A DNA stretch of 64,000 bases from contig JARFYF010000063.1 in the NCBI GenBank assembly GCA_030265395.1, positions 84,753,294 through 84,817,293 on the forward strand. The letters run 5' to 3'. Shown piece after piece: positions 61,046 through 64,000 of this stretch. Both the position numbers and the translations under genes were made by a program. The first letter of the stretch is position 1; each line of letters starts with the position of its first letter. The DNA is from Rhina ancylostomus. Its lineage: Eukaryota. The notes under the pieces were generated by a model that saw only the letters and a list, made by a program, of their open reading frames with translations, made no database searches and was not told where the DNA came from.

Positions 61046-63201
61046 CAGATAATCTCATTACCTTTTTGATCCATTGAAAGTTGTTGTTTGAAAATATATC
61101 TTGAATTTTATGATGTCCTTAATATAGGCAAACATTCCTCAGCATTTCACACAGATGAAACCAAAGTTAAATTTCACTTTTACTGCCAGCAGCAGAAGGG
61201 ACAGAACACAATCCTAGATTGATATCTCTCCTATGCAGGCATAGTCACTTACTGTTTGACAGATTACAATACACGGAAAGTATTTCACTACTATGACAAC
61301 TCTTGGAGAGTATCAGAAGAATTGTACTCTATTCCTCATTTTACTTGTGTTTAAAGTTGGATTTACCAGAAACTCCTCCACCTCCCTCTCTTCATTTTGA
61401 GATTCTCCTTAAAACTCACCTTTTTTTTTATCACCACACCTCATATTTCCTCCATTAGACTGGCATCCATTGTTCAGAGTATTCCCCAGATGCAAAAATT
61501 CCTTTTGTCCACTTGCCACCTTCCCTGTTCCATATGGTCATCAAGCCATTAGAAGCAAGGTTACTACAGATAAAGCTCTAAGTCTAGTATTTATATGGCC
61601 TGCATGTGAATCGGTGATTTCTGTAAATCATAGATTGCTATGTTGAAGTTTGGGCCCTCTCCCAGATGTGACTGAAAAAGCTATAAATCCTTTAATTTCC
61701 AAACTCCTCGGACTAATGATAAACCAGTAACGTATTTTGGAATTTTTAGACATTTTTTTTCAGGGAAAGAATGTGAATGTGATTAAAGTTAGAGTTGATT
61801 CGAAGGCTTTGCAGTTTAGAAACATTCTTCCAGTATGAATTTGCTGGGACAAAATTAGAATCTGTATGTTAATTAATCAAGCCTTAAATCTGTTACACAT
61901 GATGACAATAGACTATTTGGTAAACCTCTGCTTGGCATGCTTCTCAATCTACATTTGGAAAGGTCAGAGCAAATGCCTAGGCATTTGCAGAAAAAGAGTT
62001 ACCTCCATTTATGATCATATGAAGGTTCTATTGTCTCATTCCCAAATGGCAAATAGCTCACCTTTTGGAATGTCTTGCTTTCAAAAAAAATATTTATAGT
62101 AAAACCCTAAATTTGTAACAGTTGCATACACAATGATCATAAACTTGACGATGGACATAAATTTTATAATGTGATTATCAAATGTGCTATGTATCCACCT
62201 ATCACCTCAACTAATTCTGGCCTGTATACCAACATCTTAATATTCAGTTTCTTGTATATTTCACATGATATACCATAATAACCAAAGGGGCAATAATAAT
62301 AGGTTGCCTTTTTTATTCCATTAAATTGATCCGATAGTTGGAGTACAGAAGATATACCCATCTTTTCCCTGTGGTGATGGAGCTTTTAAGCTCCCAAGCT
62401 CCTGATCTTAGGAACTTGAGCTCAAGATCTCTTTATTGTCCTTCCATGGCATTCTGAAAGCAAGATTTTTCTCCCAAGGCTTCAATTATCTTGGCTAGTT
62501 TCTCTCCCAGCTGTATCCTTTTGCTTTTGTTGCTCCTTTGTAAAGTGTCATGGGGCATTTTCTCTGTTAAAGGCATTACTTAGATACTTGTTATTGAAGT
62601 ACTATTCATCAATTTCCAGGCTATTCACCTAAGTACGTAAAGCAATGTGTTAAATCCAGTGCTTGAAAGGCTCGTCTGAAATAGATGAACCAGCAAATAG
62701 GCTTGTCCCTTGGATAACTATACAAGGCTATGTACATGTGTCAGAACATGTGGTTTCACCAGAATCAAGCTTGGTCACTTCTTTATCAGAACATAGCTTT
62801 CCATTAAAAAGATATTGAGGGTTTTTAAATGTTTGACTTTCTAATTATTACAGTGAAGAAAGGAATATAGTCTTTAAAAAATATATCATTTTGGGCAAGC
62901 AGTATGTTACAGGAAGCATTCTTTTTGACTCATTTCAGAATTAACCTTTTTCTTATTAACCTCACAAACTGTACTTCCTGGTTTTGCTATTGTGCCTAAT
63001 ATAAAATTTATGTGAATTCAGGATTAGTTTTCTCAGCTGGAAACATCTGAACTGCATGCAAAGGAAAATTAAGATTGACATTCATATATTTTGGAGGGAA
63101 ACATTTTACAGATATGGAATACTTCAATCTGTGTTTGTAAGTACTGGGTGATTATGAACACCTTCATTGATACTGGATTTTTTTTTGTTTTTTGTTTCCA
63201 G

Positions 63202-64000
63202 TGTAAAAAAAAGTTGTTGCACAAAAATGGAAAACTTTAACAAAGCTGACTCTAGTGGTTTCTTGACAAAAGCAGTGGTTGGTGTAACAGAAGATGAGCA
63301 GGATGTAGCCCCACCTGCTGCAGGTCCCAGCCATGAGATTCAGGATATAAATACTGGTAGAAGAGAAGATTATATGAACTCAGTTCAAAGCAAGTTACTT
63401 CCTGTCATAAAACTGGAAAAATATATTAATAAGAGACAGCCAGCTCAACAGAACTGCCAACAACAACCTCAAACTATTGAACAGCTGAAGACAGGTTTGA
63501 AAAGCACAGCGGATGACAGTGAGTCAGCACTGCAGAATCTTAAACAAAATGAAGCAAACAAAAAAGTACAAACTAAACGAAGGAGAGTCTCCTCTCAAAA
63601 TGGAACAAATGTTGCTGTGAAGATAATTTCTGGAGAGACTCCTGCAACGCCTGTTGAGGTTACAATGGAGATGAACTCTCCTGAGTCTTTAAGAAAGCCA
63701 TTTNNNNNNNNNNCTAATTTCCATTCTAAAAGGTCAGTCAAAGGTAAACCAGACTGCCTTGTCCTCACCGACAGAGATGCAGGTGGATGCTTGTTTACTA
63801 CAGGCAGTTCTCCCCAAGACTTCTGCCATGTAAATAAGCGTAAAAAGAGAAGATTAACGGTACAGGATAAACTGACAAGAAAGTCAGAGGTGGCACCTTC
63901 AAGTCCTCCTTGTTCCAAGTCTCAGAATTCTGCTGCAATATTGATAAAAGACAAATCAGAGAAAGAAAATATGCCAAGAAAATCAAGACTTCGAAGGCCA
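63202..64000 (+). CDS. SLX4IP: SLX4IP large terminal coding exon, 3'-partial (runs off the window)
   Basis: tttgtttccag acceptor; phase 2 completes Ile then VKK; frame stays open to 64000 across a 10-N gap (63704-63713); LPVIKLEKYIN resembles human LPVQKLEKVN, EQLKTGL resembles ERLKTGL, KRRRVSS resembles KRRNCSS; basic NLS-like KRKKRR at 63836-63853. Confidence 0.9.

Noticed and set aside
63595-63986. Minus-strand ORFs of 107 and 62 aa
   Set aside because: Antisense shadows of the SLX4IP terminal exon.

Overview
Eukaryotic, AT-rich vertebrate DNA. The repeat content (CR1, L2, Penelope-like, V-SINE, Deu-domain SINE, Rex1, RTE, Harbinger) points to a cartilaginous fish, probably a ray or shark; this is an inference. 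The assembly is a draft with many N gaps. The window holds almost the whole SLX4IP gene on the + strand: a non-coding exon 1 in a CpG island (~610-658), then coding exons 6792-6818, 21244-21333, 26996-27128, 40532-40609, 46786-46874, 60396-60502 and 63202->64000 (still open at the window end). All junctions are GT-AG and phase-compatible. A divergent first exon on the - strand (donor at 174/173) shares the CpG island and is probably MKKS, inferred from known vertebrate MKKS-SLX4IP head-to-head synteny. The introns are full of decayed transposons. The most notable observations are a two-LTR retroelement with a 4-bp TSD and only CpG differences between its LTRs, Penelope-like elements with minimal hammerhead-ribozyme motifs, uORFs in the divergent first exon, a decayed two-gene Harbinger element, and an unexplained ~150-bp duplicated motif next to a G-quadruplex tract. 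I found no solid evidence for a wholly new biological system. Homology calls are from recognition by eye; no database searches were run, and repeat boundaries are approximate.
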